Shown here: positions 5,723 to 6,801 of the stretch, piece by piece
How the letters are laid out: every line of letters starts with the position of its first letter
How positions within the stretch are numbered: the stretch's first letter is position 1
Made by a program: the position numbers and the translations under genes
The notes under the pieces: model-generated
What the model saw: the letters and a program-made list of their open reading frames with translations, nothing else
What the model was told of the DNA's origin: nothing
The model's database searches: none
DNA from: a virus
Taxonomy: Duplodnaviria > Heunggongvirae > Uroviricota > Caudoviricetes
DNA: 6,801 bases
IMG/VR virus record: IMGVR_UViG_2547132272_000022
Direction: 5' to 3' (one strand)

Positions 5723-6724
5723 TTACTCTGCTGGTTCTTTTTGTTCAGTGAATGCTATGTTAGCTATCGGGTTAAACCTCATGGCATCTGCCAGATAGTC
5801 GGGAGAAAAATGCGCATAAGTCATCGTTTGCTGAATAGTGGCATGGCCCAGAATCCGTTGCAGGGTAACGATGTTTCCCCCGTTCATCATGAAATGCGTG
5901 GCGAACGTATGACGCATCACATGAGTCGCCTGCCCTTTTGGCAAATCAGGCTTCACCTCCTGGAGGATCTCGCGAAACCGGAGATAATCGACCTCGTACA
6001 GCGGCCCAGTTCGGCAGGTTTTAATCAGCGAGAGCACAGCATCAGACACCGGAACCGAACGGGACTTCCCGTTCTTGGTGTTGAAGAACGTCACGCGATT
6101 ACCGACGATATGCTCCCCGCGTAATTCCGTCGCCTCACCCCACCGCGCCCCCGTGGAGAGACACAGAATGGCGACACGACGCGCATCACCTTCGAGTCGC
6201 TCAAGAAGCCGCTCAATCTCATCATCAGAAAGAAAGGCCATCTCTGTATTCTGAATTTTTAGCTTACGTATACTGCGCACGGGGTTCGGGTTGTGAAAGA
6301 CCCCTGCTTCAATCAACACCGTGAACATGGTAGACAGAACGCATAAGTCACGATTAATACTGGACGGCATTAATCCGGCCTGTAATTTCTCTGACCGATA
6401 CTCAAGCATAAATTTTCGCGTCATCTGGTTGGCGCGCGGATCTCCCATTTCACGAATCACTTTCTCCAGCCGGATCCTGTAGGTATCGCCGTAAGCCTGA
6501 TTACACCCGTCAAGCATCCACCATGTATCAAGCAACTCTGATAATCGCCGCCGATCAGCAGGTTTAGCTAGCCATGGGTTATTATGGAAATTCTGCAAAA
6601 CATATTGTTCGAACTTCTCTGCACTTCCTTTCCTGGTAAAAATTTTACGTATCCGTTTGCCGTATGTCCCTTGCGGCCTGATATCTAGCAACCATCTTCC
6701 ATCATCCATCTTTCTAATCGACAT
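5723..6724 (-). CDS. int: Tyrosine recombinase / phage integrase, P2 Int-like
   Basis: The translation aligns along its length with phage P2 integrase as I recall it (MSIRKMDDGRWLLDIRPQGTYGKRIR vs P2 MAIKKLDDGRYEVDIRPTGRNGKRIR; ILCLSTGARWGEA; catalytic HxxR in VMRHTFATHF and the Tyr region LQRILGHATIQQTMTYAHF). I place the start at ATG 6722..6724, which has RBS aaggagag 9 nt upstream and matches the P2 Int N-terminus. The track ORF extends 12 codons further to 6760 without an RBS. Confidence 0.93.
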   Translation of the reverse strand: MSIRKMDDGRWLLDIRPQGTYGKRIRKIFTRKGSAEKFEQYVLQNFHNNPWLAKPADRRRLSELLDTWWMLDGCNQAYGDTYRIRLEKVIREMGDPRANQMTRKFMLEYRSEKLQAGLMPSSINRDLCVLSTMFTVLIEAGVFHNPNPVRSIRKLKIQNTEMAFLSDDEIERLLERLEGDARRVAILCLSTGARWGEATELRGEHIVGNRVTFFNTKNGKSRSVPVSDAVLSLIKTCRTGPLYEVDYLRFREILQEVKPDLPKGQATHVMRHTFATHFMMNGGNIVTLQRILGHATIQQTMTYAHFSPDYLADAMRFNPIANIAFTEQKEPAE

Positions 6725-6801
6725 ACTTAAGATCTCTCCTTGTAACTGAATATCCGGCATTTCAGCACTTCCGGCTCTCTGGCCTCGGCTACTCCTTTTC
6801 C

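Larger units (their letters stand above)
1030..6801. mobile_element. Integrase-associated accessory island inserted beside hpt (boundaries not resolved; it continues past the right edge of the window)
   Basis: A P2-type integrase and an Ogr-like gene lie next to a core housekeeping locus. In E. coli K-12, as I recall, hpt is followed directly by gcd across a short intergenic region, whereas here a TA module and unknown genes follow. The content (TA pair, unknown operon, phage regulators) is typical of mobile islands. No tRNA or flanking direct repeat was identified. Confidence 0.5.

Noticed and set aside
5564-6124. 186-aa plus-strand ORF
   Set aside because: It lies antisense to and largely inside the well-supported integrase gene, has no RBS and an implausible composition. 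Likely a shadow ORF.

Overview
The window starts in a conserved Escherichia-type core locus, can and hpt, which are convergent and share a hairpin terminator. From about nt 1030 to the right edge it is accessory DNA that looks like an integrase-associated island. In order, the island holds a MazE/MazF-like toxin-antitoxin pair (1286..1878, +), a translationally coupled two-gene operon on the minus strand (A, 236 aa, 3193..3903; B, 423 aa, 1922..3193), a small putative ribbon-helix-helix regulator (4069..4302, +), an Ogr/Delta-family zinc-finger homologue (4353..4535, -), about 1.2 kb of ORF-poor DNA dense with recurring short motifs, and a P2-type tyrosine integrase (5723..6724, -). The A-B operon is the best candidate for an undescribed system (defence, abortive infection or phage-satellite function), but I recognise no catalytic motif in either protein and cannot assign a function from sequence alone. 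All homology statements are from reading the translations against remembered protein sequences; no database search was run.
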